A stretch of 36,729 bases of DNA. Source: an uncultured Bifidobacterium sp. Lineage in GTDB: Bacteria > Actinomycetota > Actinomycetes > S36-B12 > UBA5976. The notes under the pieces are model-generated. The model did not search any database. It was given only the letters and a program-made list of their open reading frames with translations, and was not told the DNA's origin. Below are positions 9,039 to 19,288 of this stretch, piece after piece. A program made the position numbers and the translations under genes. Positions within the stretch are counted from its first letter, which is position 1; every line of letters starts with the position of its first letter. The stretch spans positions 1-36,729 of the forward strand of contig CAYXYW010000004.1 in NCBI GenBank assembly GCA_964469855.1. The letters run 5' to 3'.

Positions 9039-9074
9039 CAAACCCCCAACTTCGGATCCAAGTTGGGGGTTTGT
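9038..9074. terminator. Bidirectional intrinsic terminator between convergent radA and clpC
   Basis: Perfect 15-bp inverted repeat ACAAACCCCCAACTT / AAGTTGGGGGTTTGT with 7-nt loop and A/T-rich flanks. Confidence 0.88.
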
Positions 9075-9084
9075 AAGTTTTTAG

Positions 9085-11589
9085 TTATTCCGCAGAAGTT
9101 CCTGCCGGTTCAATTGGCGGAACATCTGGTAGTTCACCTTTAGCAGTGCCAGTGAATGTGAATGTTGCATCATCGCCGTCGCCAGAAACATCAACTACAA
9201 CTAGCTGACCTGGCACTAGCTCACTGAACAAGATCTTCTCGCTCAACACATCTTCAATTTCACGCTGCACGGTGCGACGAAGCGGCCTTGCACCAAGAAG
9301 TGGGTCATAACCTTTCTTAGCCAACAGCGACTTAGCATCTGGAGTTAACTCCAAGCCCATGTCCTTATCCTTCAATCGCTCGTCAACCTTTGCCAACATC
9401 AAATCAACGATACTTACGATTTCGTTTTCTGTTAACTGATGGAATACCACAATGTCATCAATGCGGTTGAGGAATTCTGGTCGGAAGTGCTGCTTTAGCT
9501 CTTCGTTAACCTTTAACTTCATTCGCTCATAATTTGATTTTTCATCATTGACGTTGGCGAATCCAAGTCCGGCACCCTTCATGATGTCGCGGGAACCTAA
9601 GTTGGTGGTCATGATGATCACAGTGTTCTTAAAGTCAACTACCCGACCTTGGGCGTCAGTCAATCGACCATCTTCCAAAATCTGTAGCAATGAGTTGAAA
9701 ATGTCTGGATGAGCTTTTTCAATTTCATCGAATAGCACTACTGAGAATGGTCGGCGTCGTACCTTCTCGGTTAACTGGCCACCTTCTTCATAGCCAACAT
9801 ATCCCGGTGGCGAGCCAAATAGTCGAGATACGGTGTGCTTCTCGGAATACTCGCTCATATCCAACTGAATTAGAGATGACTCATCGCCAAACAGGAACTC
9901 AGAGAGCGCCTTGCTTAGCTCAGTCTTACCAACACCAGAAGGTCCAGCAAAAATAAACGAGCCACCTGGTCGCTTCGGATCTTTTAGACCAGCACGGGTG
10001 CGACGAATTGCCTTGCTTAGTGCGATGATCGCATCATTTTGACCAATTAATCGCTTATGTAATTCGTCTTCCATTCGCATCAATCGCTGTGACTCTTCCT
10101 CAGTCAACTTAACAATTGGAATTCCGGTTGCTGTTGCCAAAACTTCCGCAATTAGTTCTTCATCAACTTCAGCAACAACATCAAGATCGCCAGCTTTCCA
10201 CTCGCGCTCTCGCTCAGCTTTGGCAGCAATCAATTGTTTTTCTTTATCACGAAGTGAAGCCGCCTTCTCAAAGTCTTGCGCATCAATTGCGCTCTCTTTT
10301 TCCCGACGTGCTTCTGAAATTCGTGAATCAAACTCTCGAAGATCTGGCGGAGCAGTCATCCGACGAATACGCAACCTTGAACCAGCCTCATCAATTAAAT
10401 CAATGGCTTTATCTGGCAAGAAACGATCATTGATATAGCGATCCGCAAGAGTTGCAGCAGCAACTAGCGCAGCGTCCGTAATTGTCACCCGGTGATGGGT
10501 TTCATAACGATCGCGCAATCCCTTAAGAATTTCAATGCTGTGTGCTAGTGATGGCTCGGCAACTTGAATTGGTTGGAATCGACGCTCAAGCGCAGCATCT
10601 TTCTCAATATGCTTGCGATATTCATCAAGTGTGGTGGCACCAATTGTTTGGAGTTCACCACGAGCCAACATTGGCTTAAGAATGCTGGCGGCATCTATTG
10701 CGCCTTCAGCAGCACCTGCGCCAACAAGGGTATGAATCTCATCAATAAACAAAATGATGTCACCACGGGTGCGAATTTCTTTCAGAACTTTCTTTAGTCG
10801 CTCTTCAAAATCGCCGCGGTATCTTGAACCAGCAACAAGGGCACCAAGATCAAGCGAATAAATCTGCTTGTCTTTTAGAGTTTCTGGAACTTCACCGCGA
10901 ACCACGTTCTGGGCTAGACCTTCAACAACTGCGGTCTTACCAACGCCAGGTTCACCAATAAGAACCGGATTATTTTTGGTGCGTCGAGAAAGCACCTGCA
11001 TCACGCGCTCAATTTCTTTTTCGCGGCCAATTACTGGATCTAGTGATCCTTCGCGCGCTGCTTGGGTTAAGTTCCGACCGAATTGATCAAGTACTAATGA
11101 GGTTGATGGCGTGCCTTCAGTTGGTCCACCAGATGTTGCTGGCTCTTTACCCTGATAACCACTTAACAACTGAATTACCTGTTGGCGTACTCGATGTAAG
11201 TCAGCGCCAAGCTTTACTAGAACCTGTGCTGCAACACCTTCACCTTCGCGAATTAGTCCAAGCAAAATGTGTTCCGTACCAATGTAGTTATGGCCAAGCT
11301 GCAGCGCTTCACGCAATGACAATTCCAAAACTTTCTTGGCACGCGGAGTAAAAGGAATATGACCACTTGGCGCTTGTTGACCAGGGCCAATAATTTCCTC
11401 AACTTGAGCACGAACTTGCTCTAACCGAATATCTAAACTCTCCAACGACTTAGCGGCAACGCCTTCACCTTCATGAATCAATCCCAACAGAATGTGCTCG
11501 GTGCCGATGTAGTTGTGGTTCAACATGCGTGCCTCTTCTTGGGCAAGCACGACAACTCGACGGGCTCGATCTGTAAATCGTTCAAACAT
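9085..11589 (-). CDS. clpC: ATP-dependent Clp protease ATP-binding subunit ClpC
   Basis: [22 protein letters not shown]-terminus, two Clp-N repeats, Walker A GEPGVGKT and [11 protein letters not shown] coil. Confidence 0.98.
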   Translation of the reverse strand: MFERFTDRARRVVVLAQEEARMLNHNYIGTEHILLGLIHEGEGVAAKSLESLDIRLEQVRAQVEEIIGPGQQAPSGHIPFTPRAKKVLELSLREALQLGHNYIGTEHILLGLIREGEGVAAQVLVKLGADLHRVRQQVIQLLSGYQGKEPATSGGPTEGTPSTSLVLDQFGRNLTQAAREGSLDPVIGREKEIERVMQVLSRRTKNNPVLIGEPGVGKTAVVEGLAQNVVRGEVPETLKDKQIYSLDLGALVAGSRYRGDFEERLKKVLKEIRTRGDIILFIDEIHTLVGAGAAEGAIDAASILKPMLARGELQTIGATTLDEYRKHIEKDAALERRFQPIQVAEPSLAHSIEILKGLRDRYETHHRVTITDAALVAAATLADRYINDRFLPDKAIDLIDEAGSRLRIRRMTAPPDLREFDSRISEARREKESAIDAQDFEKAASLRDKEKQLIAAKAEREREWKAGDLDVVAEVDEELIAEVLATATGIPIVKLTEEESQRLMRMEDELHKRLIGQNDAIIALSKAIRRTRAGLKDPKRPGGSFIFAGPSGVGKTELSKALSEFLFGDESSLIQLDMSEYSEKHTVSRLFGSPPGYVGYEEGGQLTEKVRRRPFSVVLFDEIEKAHPDIFNSLLQILEDGRLTDAQGRVVDFKNTVIIMTTNLGSRDIMKGAGLGFANVNDEKSNYERMKLKVNEELKQHFRPEFLNRIDDIVVFHQLTENEIVSIVDLMLAKVDERLKDKDMGLELTPDAKSLLAKKGYDPLLGARPLRRTVQREIEDVLSEKILFSELVPGQLVVVDVSGDGDDATFTFTGTAKGELPDVPPIEPAGTSAE

Positions 11590-11690
11590 TGGGCAGCTCC
11601 TGCGCTATTTCTATGCCTAGATAGTAGGCGTAAAACCTATTTTCCACGACCGAGGGGTTCCGCTACCCCATACGCCTAGGCTTACCCCCG

Positions 11691-14393
11691 ATGAACACCC
11701 CAAGCCTGGGCGGCGCCCCGTCCGAATTAAGCATTGGTGCCGCAATTGCCCAATCAGAGGCGTTGCGTGCCGATATTCGGATGCTGGGTCGAATGCTGGG
11801 GGAAACTCTGATTCGTCATGCCGGTCAAGACCTATATGACAAAGTAGAGGTTGTTCGTTCGCTATCGGCGGAACAACCTGAAAAAGTATTCGATTTTTTG
11901 TCGCAAGAACCTGCTGAAACTGCAATCCCATTGGCACGAGCATTTTCACTTTATTTTCATTTGGCCAACATGGCCGAGCAGGTACATCGAGCAAATGCTT
12001 TAACAGCTGCACGACGCGAGTATGGCGGTTGGCTAAAGCGGGTAGAGCATCGAATTAAGTTAGCAAATTTGCCACATGAACTCATTCAACAAACATTTTC
12101 CAGATTAAAAGTTAGACCGGTTTTTACTGCTCATCCAACCGAAGCAACTCGACGCACTATATTGGTGAAACTTCGATTCATTGCAAATTTGCTTGAGTTA
12201 CCAGCCTCTGCAACAAGACAGCAGCGATTAGCTGAAACCATTGATCTGCTTTGGCAAACTGATGAATTGCGGTTGGAAAAACCAGAAGTCTTGGATGAAG
12301 CAAGAAATATATTGTTTTATTTTGATGCCTTAACAAAGGGACCTTTAACCGAAGTGCTTGATGAGCTAAAAACAACTGCACAAGCCCTGAACGTTGAGAT
12401 ACCAGCAACTAACCAGCCGCTATCAATTGGTAGCTGGATTGGTGGTGATCGCGATGGCAATCCTTTTGTGACACCAGAGACAACTCGGCAAGTTGTTGAG
12501 ATTTCACGTCGAACCGCCATTAGTGAATTTGATCGAATCATCAAGAGACTCTCTGACCAATTGAGTTTGAGTGAGCGACTAAGCCATAACACTTCAGAAC
12601 TAATTGATTCGTTAGCAGCAGATCTTGAGAACTTAGCTATTGAAGATCGCTATCTGCGATTGAATGCCGAAGAGCCATATCGTTTAAAAACTATGGCGAT
12701 GCGGAAGAAGCTAGAACTGACTTTGGAAAAATTGTCCAGCGCGCAAGAGTTAGATGGCAAAACTGACTATCGCACCTTTAAAGAAATAATTGCTGACCTT
12801 GAAATTCTGCAACGATCATTAGTTGCGACACATTCGCTTGCCGCTACAGGTTCAATTGATCGATCAATTCGAACCGTATCGGCATTTGGTAGCACGCTGG
12901 CAGTTCTTGATATCCGCGAGCACGCTGCCGCACACAAACAAGCAGTATCGGAATTTCTGCCAAATTATGAATCTGGCTCAGAGACCGAACGAACACAACT
13001 GCTAACGCAAAATCTAACTAAATCAAGTGTTCCATCGCTCTCTGCAAATGCAGCAAAAACATTTGACACGTTTAAAGCTATCTCCGATATCAAGGCCCGA
13101 CATGGTGAAGATGTAATTGAGTCGTACATCATCTCCATGACTAAAGGAATTGATGACGTAATGGCTGCGGTCTATTTAGCCACACAGGCAGGCCTGATTG
13201 ATCTAGCAGCAAAACGAGCGCAAGTTGGTTTCGTGCCGTTATTTGAAACGGTAAGAGAATTGAAATTGGCTGGCGAATTATTGGATCAGATGCTTTCCAT
13301 TAAAGAGTTCCGGCAAATTGTTAATTTACGTGGGAACTCGCAAGAAGTGATGCTGGGCTATTCCGATAGTAATAAAGATGCTGGCATCACAACCTCACAA
13401 TGGCAGATTCATCAAGCGCAGCGCGAGCTTCGTGATGTTGCTGCCAAGCATGGTGTGAATTTGCTGTTGTTCCATGGTCGCGGTGGCACGGTAGGTCGTG
13501 GTGGCGGTCCAACTTATGAAGCAATCATGTCGCAAGCCGCTGGAGTATTAAATGGTCAGATTAAGTTGACCGAACAGGGCGAGGTTATTAGCGATAAATA
13601 CTTGTTGCCTAAATTAGCTCAAGAGAATCTCGAGCTGCTGGTCGCTGCGACAATTGATGCCTCGTTATTACATCGCGACCCTTCCACCTCGAATGAAGAA
13701 CTTTCCAGGTGGGATCCAATTGCCAATGCACTATCTGAAGCAGCTTTCAAGAAGTATCGATCATTATTTGACCACCCACTGCTGCCAGCATATTTTCATC
13801 AATCAACCCCAGTAGAACAATTAGCTGCGATGCATCTTGGCTCTAGGCCATCGCGTCGATCCAACAAGGATGCTGGTGTTGAAGATTTGCGCGCTATTCC
13901 TTGGGTATTTGGCTGGACACAATCACGTCAAATTGTTCCGGGTTGGTTTGGCGTCGGAACTGCTATTGCCCATGCCAGAGAGATGGGTGCTAGTGAAGAG
14001 TTACGGGCGATGCATAACAACTGGTCATTCATGTCTAACTTCTTATCAAATGTTCGAATGACTTTAGCTAAGACTGACATGGTTATTGCAGAACGTTATG
14101 TGACTAAATTAGTAGCTAAAGAAGAACAAGCTTTATTTGAGATCATTCGAAACGAATATGATGAAACAATCAGGCAAGTTCTCTGGGTCACTGGTTTTGA
14201 TGAATTACTAGCTGATCAGCAAGCTTTAGCACAAACACTTCGAATTCGTGATCGCTATTTGTTGCCTCTGCATATGTTACAAGTGGATTTACTAGCCAGA
14301 CAGCGAGTTAATGCAGATTCGAATCCACAGTTATCTAGAGCGTTATTGACTACCATCAACGGCATTGCAAGCGGCTTGCGAAATACTGGCTGA
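11691..14393 (+). CDS. ppc: Phosphoenolpyruvate carboxylase
   Basis: VFTAHPT, GGDRDGNP, QEVMLGYSDSNKD, FHGRGGTVGRGG, LRAIPWVFGW, C-terminal RNTG. Confidence 0.98.
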   Translation: MNTPSLGGAPSELSIGAAIAQSEALRADIRMLGRMLGETLIRHAGQDLYDKVEVVRSLSAEQPEKVFDFLSQEPAETAIPLARAFSLYFHLANMAEQVHRANALTAARREYGGWLKRVEHRIKLANLPHELIQQTFSRLKVRPVFTAHPTEATRRTILVKLRFIANLLELPASATRQQRLAETIDLLWQTDELRLEKPEVLDEARNILFYFDALTKGPLTEVLDELKTTAQALNVEIPATNQPLSIGSWIGGDRDGNPFVTPETTRQVVEISRRTAISEFDRIIKRLSDQLSLSERLSHNTSELIDSLAADLENLAIEDRYLRLNAEEPYRLKTMAMRKKLELTLEKLSSAQELDGKTDYRTFKEIIADLEILQRSLVATHSLAATGSIDRSIRTVSAFGSTLAVLDIREHAAAHKQAVSEFLPNYESGSETERTQLLTQNLTKSSVPSLSANAAKTFDTFKAISDIKARHGEDVIESYIISMTKGIDDVMAAVYLATQAGLIDLAAKRAQVGFVPLFETVRELKLAGELLDQMLSIKEFRQIVNLRGNSQEVMLGYSDSNKDAGITTSQWQIHQAQRELRDVAAKHGVNLLLFHGRGGTVGRGGGPTYEAIMSQAAGVLNGQIKLTEQGEVISDKYLLPKLAQENLELLVAATIDASLLHRDPSTSNEELSRWDPIANALSEAAFKKYRSLFDHPLLPAYFHQSTPVEQLAAMHLGSRPSRRSNKDAGVEDLRAIPWVFGWTQSRQIVPGWFGVGTAIAHAREMGASEELRAMHNNWSFMSNFLSNVRMTLAKTDMVIAERYVTKLVAKEEQALFEIIRNEYDETIRQVLWVTGFDELLADQQALAQTLRIRDRYLLPLHMLQVDLLARQRVNADSNPQLSRALLTTINGIASGLRNTG

Positions 14394-14903
14394 TTAATTT
14401 TCTGGTAAAACCAATAGCATTCGAGTATTACCAAGTGTATTTGGCTTAACTCGCTCTAGATCTAAAAATTCCGCAACACCCTCATCTTCTGACTTCAACA
14501 TCTGAACGTAAATATCGTGATCCACAATAGGTCCGTCAGTTGGCAAGAAACCAAAACTTGCGAAAAAATCCACCTCAAAGGTTAAGCAGAAGACTCTTCT
14601 AATACCAAGTTGCTTTGCTCGAGCTAGCAAATGATTCACCACAGCTTTTCCAACACCCGTTCGCTTTAGTGATGGCACCACCGCAACGCTTCTTACTTCA
14701 GCAAGATCTTCCCAGAGCACATGAAGTGCACCATAACCAACTGGATTGCCGTCAATTTCTGCAATCACAAACTCTTGGATGTCCTCGTATAGCGTGATAA
14801 TTTCTTTACGAAGCATTCTTCGCTCAGGTGCGTACTGACCAATTAGCGATCTAATGAACTCTACGTCTACAGTTTTAGCAGGACGAAGCTTGATTTCAGT
14901 CAT
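14394..14903 (-). CDS. argA: Amino-acid N-acetyltransferase (short GNAT-type N-acetylglutamate synthase)
   Basis: LYEDIQEF, ALHVLWEDLAEVRS, RVFCLTFEVDFF, DEGVAEFLDLERVKPNTLGNTRM. Confidence 0.88.
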   Translation of the reverse strand: MTEIKLRPAKTVDVEFIRSLIGQYAPERRMLRKEIITLYEDIQEFVIAEIDGNPVGYGALHVLWEDLAEVRSVAVVPSLKRTGVGKAVVNHLLARAKQLGIRRVFCLTFEVDFFASFGFLPTDGPIVDHDIYVQMLKSEDEGVAEFLDLERVKPNTLGNTRMLLVLPEN

Positions 14904-16401
14904 GATGAATTGGCTTCACCAGTGGGAACAAAATTGTGTCACGAATGCCGCGACCAGTTAGCGCCATCAGTAATCGCTCAATTCCCATTCCTTGCCCACC
15001 TGCTGGTGGCATTCCATATTCCAGTGCCCTGATGAAATCTTCATCCATCCGCATAGCTTCATCATCACCTGCAGCAGCTAACGCTTGCTGAGCCGCAAAG
15101 CGATCTCGTTGATCTTGTGGATCATTCAATTCTGAATATCCAGTTGCTAACTCAAAACCAAATGTCACCAAATCCCACTTCTCTGCAAGTAGTTTGTTCT
15201 CACGGTGCGCTTTGGTAAGTGGTGACACTGATTGTGGGAAATCAGTGTAGAAAGTTGGCAAGATGGTCTTGGCTTCGGCGAGATGTTCATAAAGTTCTAA
15301 AATTATTTGCCCACTATCCCAATCTGGTTTTAGCGGTATTTCCAATTTCGCAGCAAGCGATTTAAGTTTTGAAATATTGGTTTCAATAGTGACTTCCTCG
15401 CCAGCAGCCTCACTAATGGCAGTGCATACCGGGATTGATTTCCAGCCTTGCGCTAGATCATGCTCAACAATATTGCCTTCATCATCCTCGTGTTGCACAA
15501 CAGATGAGCCATAAACGGCCATAGCTGCACCAATTACCAACTCTTTTGTTAACTCCGCCATGGTGGTGTAGTCACCAAACGCTTCATACATTTCCAGCAT
15601 CGTAAATTCTGGATTATGCGACGAGTCGGCACCTTCATTACGGAAATTTCGGTTTATCTCAAAGATTTTCTCGATGCCACCAACTAGCAAACGCTTCAAA
15701 TAAAGTTCCGGTGCAATTCGCATGAACATTTTCATGTCATATGCATTTATATGCGTTACAAATGGACGAGCGTTTGCGCCGCCATGCATAACCTGCAGCA
15801 TTGGTGTTTCGACTTCGGTAAAGCCTTTGCCACGTAGTTGTTCTCTTACGCTCGCTACTGCGTCACTACGCAATTGAACTAATCGGCGCGATTCAGGTCT
15901 AACGATTAGATCTAAATAGCGTTGTCTAACTCTGGCTTCCGGATCAGCTAAACCTTTGTGCTTATCTGGCAAAGGATGCAAGCATTTTGCTGTTAACATC
16001 CAGCTATTGGCTCGTACCGTAAGCTCGCCACGTTTGGTAGTAACAACTTCACCAGTAACACTTACCTGATCGCCAAGATCAACAAATTCTTTCCATTGGT
16101 CTAGCGCGACTTCACCTGAAACATCTGCAGTCAACATAACTTGCATGTCAGCACTACCGTCACGCAAAGTTGCAAAGATTAATTTGCCCGCAATACGGTT
16201 TAGCATCACCCGGCCAGCAATTGAAACAACCGTGCCGGTTTGTGAATCCTCGGTGAGGTGACCGTATTGCTCTCGTATCTGAGAAATTAAATTTGTTCGC
16301 GGCGCATTATGTGGATATGGATCAACACCGGTGGCACGGAATCTTGTAAGTTTCTCGAGCCTTATCTGTGCCTGTTCATCAAGTTCGGTTCGGTTATCCA
16401 T
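14896..16401 (-). CDS. lysS: Lysine--tRNA ligase (class II)
   Basis: OB-fold anticodon domain, RQRYLDL, GGANARPF, FRNEG..HNPEFTMLE, YGMPPAGGQGMGIER. Confidence 0.98.
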   Translation of the reverse strand: MDNRTELDEQAQIRLEKLTRFRATGVDPYPHNAPRTNLISQIREQYGHLTEDSQTGTVVSIAGRVMLNRIAGKLIFATLRDGSADMQVMLTADVSGEVALDQWKEFVDLGDQVSVTGEVVTTKRGELTVRANSWMLTAKCLHPLPDKHKGLADPEARVRQRYLDLIVRPESRRLVQLRSDAVASVREQLRGKGFTEVETPMLQVMHGGANARPFVTHINAYDMKMFMRIAPELYLKRLLVGGIEKIFEINRNFRNEGADSSHNPEFTMLEMYEAFGDYTTMAELTKELVIGAAMAVYGSSVVQHEDDEGNIVEHDLAQGWKSIPVCTAISEAAGEEVTIETNISKLKSLAAKLEIPLKPDWDSGQIILELYEHLAEAKTILPTFYTDFPQSVSPLTKAHRENKLLAEKWDLVTFGFELATGYSELNDPQDQRDRFAAQQALAAAGDDEAMRMDEDFIRALEYGMPPAGGQGMGIERLLMALTGRGIRDTILFPLVKPIHHD

Positions 16402-16430
16402 TAGGTAACGGTATCTCGCTTCGGTCGGGT

Positions 16431-17183
16431 TCAGTTACGTTCGAATACTAGGCGTAAGCCTTCGAGAGTAAGGTCAGGCTCAACGTGGGTAATGGTGGTG
16501 CAGGCTTCGACCACTGTGCTGGCAAGGCCGCCGGTTGCGACAACTGCCTTTACCGGACCGATCTCAGCCATGATCTGATTCACTAATCGATCAACTTGAC
16601 CGGCGAATCCATAAAAAGCTCCTGATTGCAGTGCTTCCACGGTATTTCGGCCAATTGCTGCTCGCGGTTTTTGTAATTCAATTTTGCGTAGCGCCGCAGC
16701 TCTAGTTGCTAACGCATCAATACTGATCTCAATTCCTGGCGCAAGTGCTCCACCAATAAAGTCACCATTTTCGTTCACAACATCTAAATTAGTTGAAGTA
16801 CCAAAATCAACAACAATTGCAGGACCGCCATGTCGATGAAAAACTGCTAATGAGTTAACAATTCGATCGGTGCCAACTTCTTTCGGATTATCTGTTGCAA
16901 CTGAAACGCCAGTTTTAATGCCAGGTTCAACAATTACTGACTTAACTTCAGCAAACTCTCGCTTGATCATTTCGCGCATTTCCCGCAGCACATTAGGCAC
17001 AGTGCTACACAAGGCAATACCAGTAATTGTTGGTGAGTTAGCAGTTAATGCTCGCAATTGAATCGCGTACTCATCGGCAGTGGCATAGGCATCGGTTTTA
17101 ATTCGCCAGGACTTAGTTAACTTGTCGCCGTCGTAAAGTCCAAGCACAATATTGGTATTGCCTACATCAATCGCCAGCAACAT
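16431..17183 (-). CDS. coaX: Type III pantothenate kinase
   Basis: AIDVGNTN, VGTDRIVN, VDFGTSTN, VATGG motifs. Confidence 0.96.
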   Translation of the reverse strand: MLLAIDVGNTNIVLGLYDGDKLTKSWRIKTDAYATADEYAIQLRALTANSPTITGIALCSTVPNVLREMREMIKREFAEVKSVIVEPGIKTGVSVATDNPKEVGTDRIVNSLAVFHRHGGPAIVVDFGTSTNLDVVNENGDFIGGALAPGIEISIDALATRAAALRKIELQKPRAAIGRNTVEALQSGAFYGFAGQVDRLVNQIMAEIGPVKAVVATGGLASTVVEACTTITHVEPDLTLEGLRLVFERN

Positions 17184-17191
17184 GCTGCCCC

Positions 17192-17998
17192 CTAATTGAG
17201 CGCAATATTATCGAGTAGCCGGGTCGATCCCACTCTAACCGCTACCACAAGTCGTCGATTGCCTAGATCTTGACAATTAGCTGGCATTGGCAGAATCTCA
17301 ACATAGTCGATCTGATCTGATGAAATTCCTGCCTTGTCTAGGTTTTCACGAAAACTTGAAACTGGATCAGACTGTAGCGCGCCAACATTTAGTGCTTTGT
17401 TGATTTGAGCCGCTAATTGCAATTCTGTCTCTGAAAGATACTTATTTCTGCTGCTCATTGCTAATCCAGAATCTGTTCGTACCGTTTCAACCGCAACTAT
17501 TTCCAGTCTGGGGAATCGCTCATCGGCCATTTCTCTAATCAAAATTAGTTGTTGTAAATCTTTCACACCAAAAACTGTATGTGTTGGCTCGACCAACTCA
17601 AACAACCGGTTAACAATGGTTAATACGCCATCAAAGTGGCCAGGTCGCATCGCTCCTTCTAACTGATTTCCAAAAGGTGGGCTTTCAAGTTTTGTCATGG
17701 TTGGAAATAGCAATTCGCCGGCCTCCGGCGCCCAAACTAAATCTGCGCCATATTCCACCGCTAACTTCTCATCAGCAGCTAGAGATCTTGGATATTTATT
17801 GAAGTCTTCGGTAGGACCAAATTGCAGTGGATTAACAAAGATAGAAACAACTACCTGACCTTCAGCGCCCGCAATCGTGCGAGCAACTCGAATCAATTCA
17901 CCATGGCCAGTATGTAAGGCGCCCATGGTGGGAACGAAAACTCTGGGTTTTGCACCAAGCGAAGCAGTTAACTGCTCGATGCTGTACACGGTTTTCAA
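17192..17998 (-). CDS. panC: Pantoate--beta-alanine ligase
   Basis: PTMGALHTGH, SIFVNPLQF, RPGHFDGV, GLAMSSRN, RLLDN. Confidence 0.96.
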   Translation of the reverse strand: MKTVYSIEQLTASLGAKPRVFVPTMGALHTGHGELIRVARTIAGAEGQVVVSIFVNPLQFGPTEDFNKYPRSLAADEKLAVEYGADLVWAPEAGELLFPTMTKLESPPFGNQLEGAMRPGHFDGVLTIVNRLFELVEPTHTVFGVKDLQQLILIREMADERFPRLEIVAVETVRTDSGLAMSSRNKYLSETELQLAAQINKALNVGALQSDPVSSFRENLDKAGISSDQIDYVEILPMPANCQDLGNRRLVVAVRVGSTRLLDNIALN

Positions 17999-18444
17999 TT
18001 ATCATCCTTTTTGTCAGGCACTAAACAAATTCGTTCTAGCCAAATCGAAACTAGAACTAAGAGTAAAGCGGAAACCGCTGTTCCAGATAAAACCTGAATT
18101 CGATCGGTATTTGCTGCAGTTGGTGGTGCAAGTAAATAACTAACCGCAATACCAATGCTGCCGCCAGCTAGCAAAATTCCAGTATGTGAACCAGCTAGAG
18201 CCAATGCTGCAGTTCTTGCCGATTGAATGGAGGCAAAAGTTTTTGTTGGACCAGAGATGCGATTGCGGGCAAGCAAAGTCCAGCTACCAATTGCCACTAC
18301 TAAACTCAAAATCGCAATTGGCAGATTTAGTGGTACTTGAATAAAGTATTGAAATTGCTCTCGAAGCACATAAAACAAAACACCAAAAAGCCAGCTAATA
18401 ATTATCAATTGCTTCAGTAATGAACTTAGATTGGTTGGTTTCAT
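17995..18444 (-). CDS. DUF3180-family membrane protein
   Basis: Four hydrophobic segments, MKPT start, AARTAALA-like segment and WLERIC..P end; usual position after folK. Confidence 0.82.
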   Translation of the reverse strand: MKPTNLSSLLKQLIIISWLFGVLFYVLREQFQYFIQVPLNLPIAILSLVVAIGSWTLLARNRISGPTKTFASIQSARTAALALAGSHTGILLAGGSIGIAVSYLLAPPTAANTDRIQVLSGTAVSALLLVLVSIWLERICLVPDKKDDN

Positions 18445-18932
18445 ACCAGTTTGTACTCCAGAACCTTCACAACTCCCTGATCACCTAGAGCTGCACTAAT
18501 TTCCGCAATTTTACCTTTAGGTATCAATACTGCTTCGGGATCAATCTCCAGCCACGGCAGCAAGACAAATTGCCGTTCATGTGCTCTTGGGTGTGGCAGC
18601 TCAAGTTCCGCTGATCGAATTGTCGATTCAGAACAAGCGATGATGTCAGTATCTAACGTACGTGGCCCATTTGGAATACTGCGTTCCCGCTCCGCCAGAA
18701 CTTCAATTTCCTTGAGTGAATAAAGCAACTTCTCAGGAGTTAAATCGGTTTCAATTTCAAGCACTGCATTGTAAAAATTTGGTTGATCAAATTTAAGTTG
18801 GGGCGCAGTTTCATAAATTGAGGAAATTTTAGTAATCATTGTTTTTGGAAGTGCAGCAATTTGATCAACAGCAAGTTGCAGATAATTATACCGATCACCT
18901 AAATTTGAGCCTATCGAAATAATGGCAATCAT
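18441..18932 (-). CDS. folK: 2-amino-4-hydroxy-6-hydroxymethyldihydropteridine diphosphokinase
   Basis: SIGSNLGDR, SSIYET, GPRTLDTDI, PHPRAHER. Confidence 0.96.
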   Translation of the reverse strand: MIAIISIGSNLGDRYNYLQLAVDQIAALPKTMITKISSIYETAPQLKFDQPNFYNAVLEIETDLTPEKLLYSLKEIEVLAERERSIPNGPRTLDTDIIACSESTIRSAELELPHPRAHERQFVLLPWLEIDPEAVLIPKGKIAEISAALGDQGVVKVLEYKLV

Positions 18933-19288
18933 TATCTTGTCTTGGTCAGCGATACAGCGAGATCGGATAGGCCCAGCGAAATAGCAGCCTCTGGTTTGTG
19001 CACAGTTACAGTAACGCTTTCGATTAGATTACTTTCCAAGCATTTGGCTGCAATTGCTGCTGCCAAAGTTTCAATCAAATCAAATTCATTACCAGCAATT
19101 ACATCTCTGATGGAACTTGCTAGTTCAACGTAGTCAACAGTAGTCTCAATTTTATCTTCATAGTTTATCCGAGTGAGATTGATCTTCAGATCGACAACAA
19201 ACTTTTGTTTGTTTTGTTTCTCCTGTGGATAGACACCATGTCTTCCGTACTCAACTATTCCAGTTAGCGTTATTTGTTCACTCATCAT
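18932..19288 (-). CDS. folB: Dihydroneopterin aldolase
   Basis: GRHGVYPQEK...QKFVVD, TVDY, LIETLA, TVHKP; start ATG at 19288 or 19285. Confidence 0.93.
   Translation of the reverse strand: MMSEQITLTGIVEYGRHGVYPQEKQNKQKFVVDLKINLTRINYEDKIETTVDYVELASSIRDVIAGNEFDLIETLAAAIAAKCLESNLIESVTVTVHKPEAAISLGLSDLAVSLTKTR

Noticed and set aside
11590-11690. ClgR site upstream of clpC; TAGGCGTA/TACGCCTA inverted pair
   Set aside because: No convincing CGC-N5-GCG match; the 8-bp pair is about 40 nt apart and may be chance
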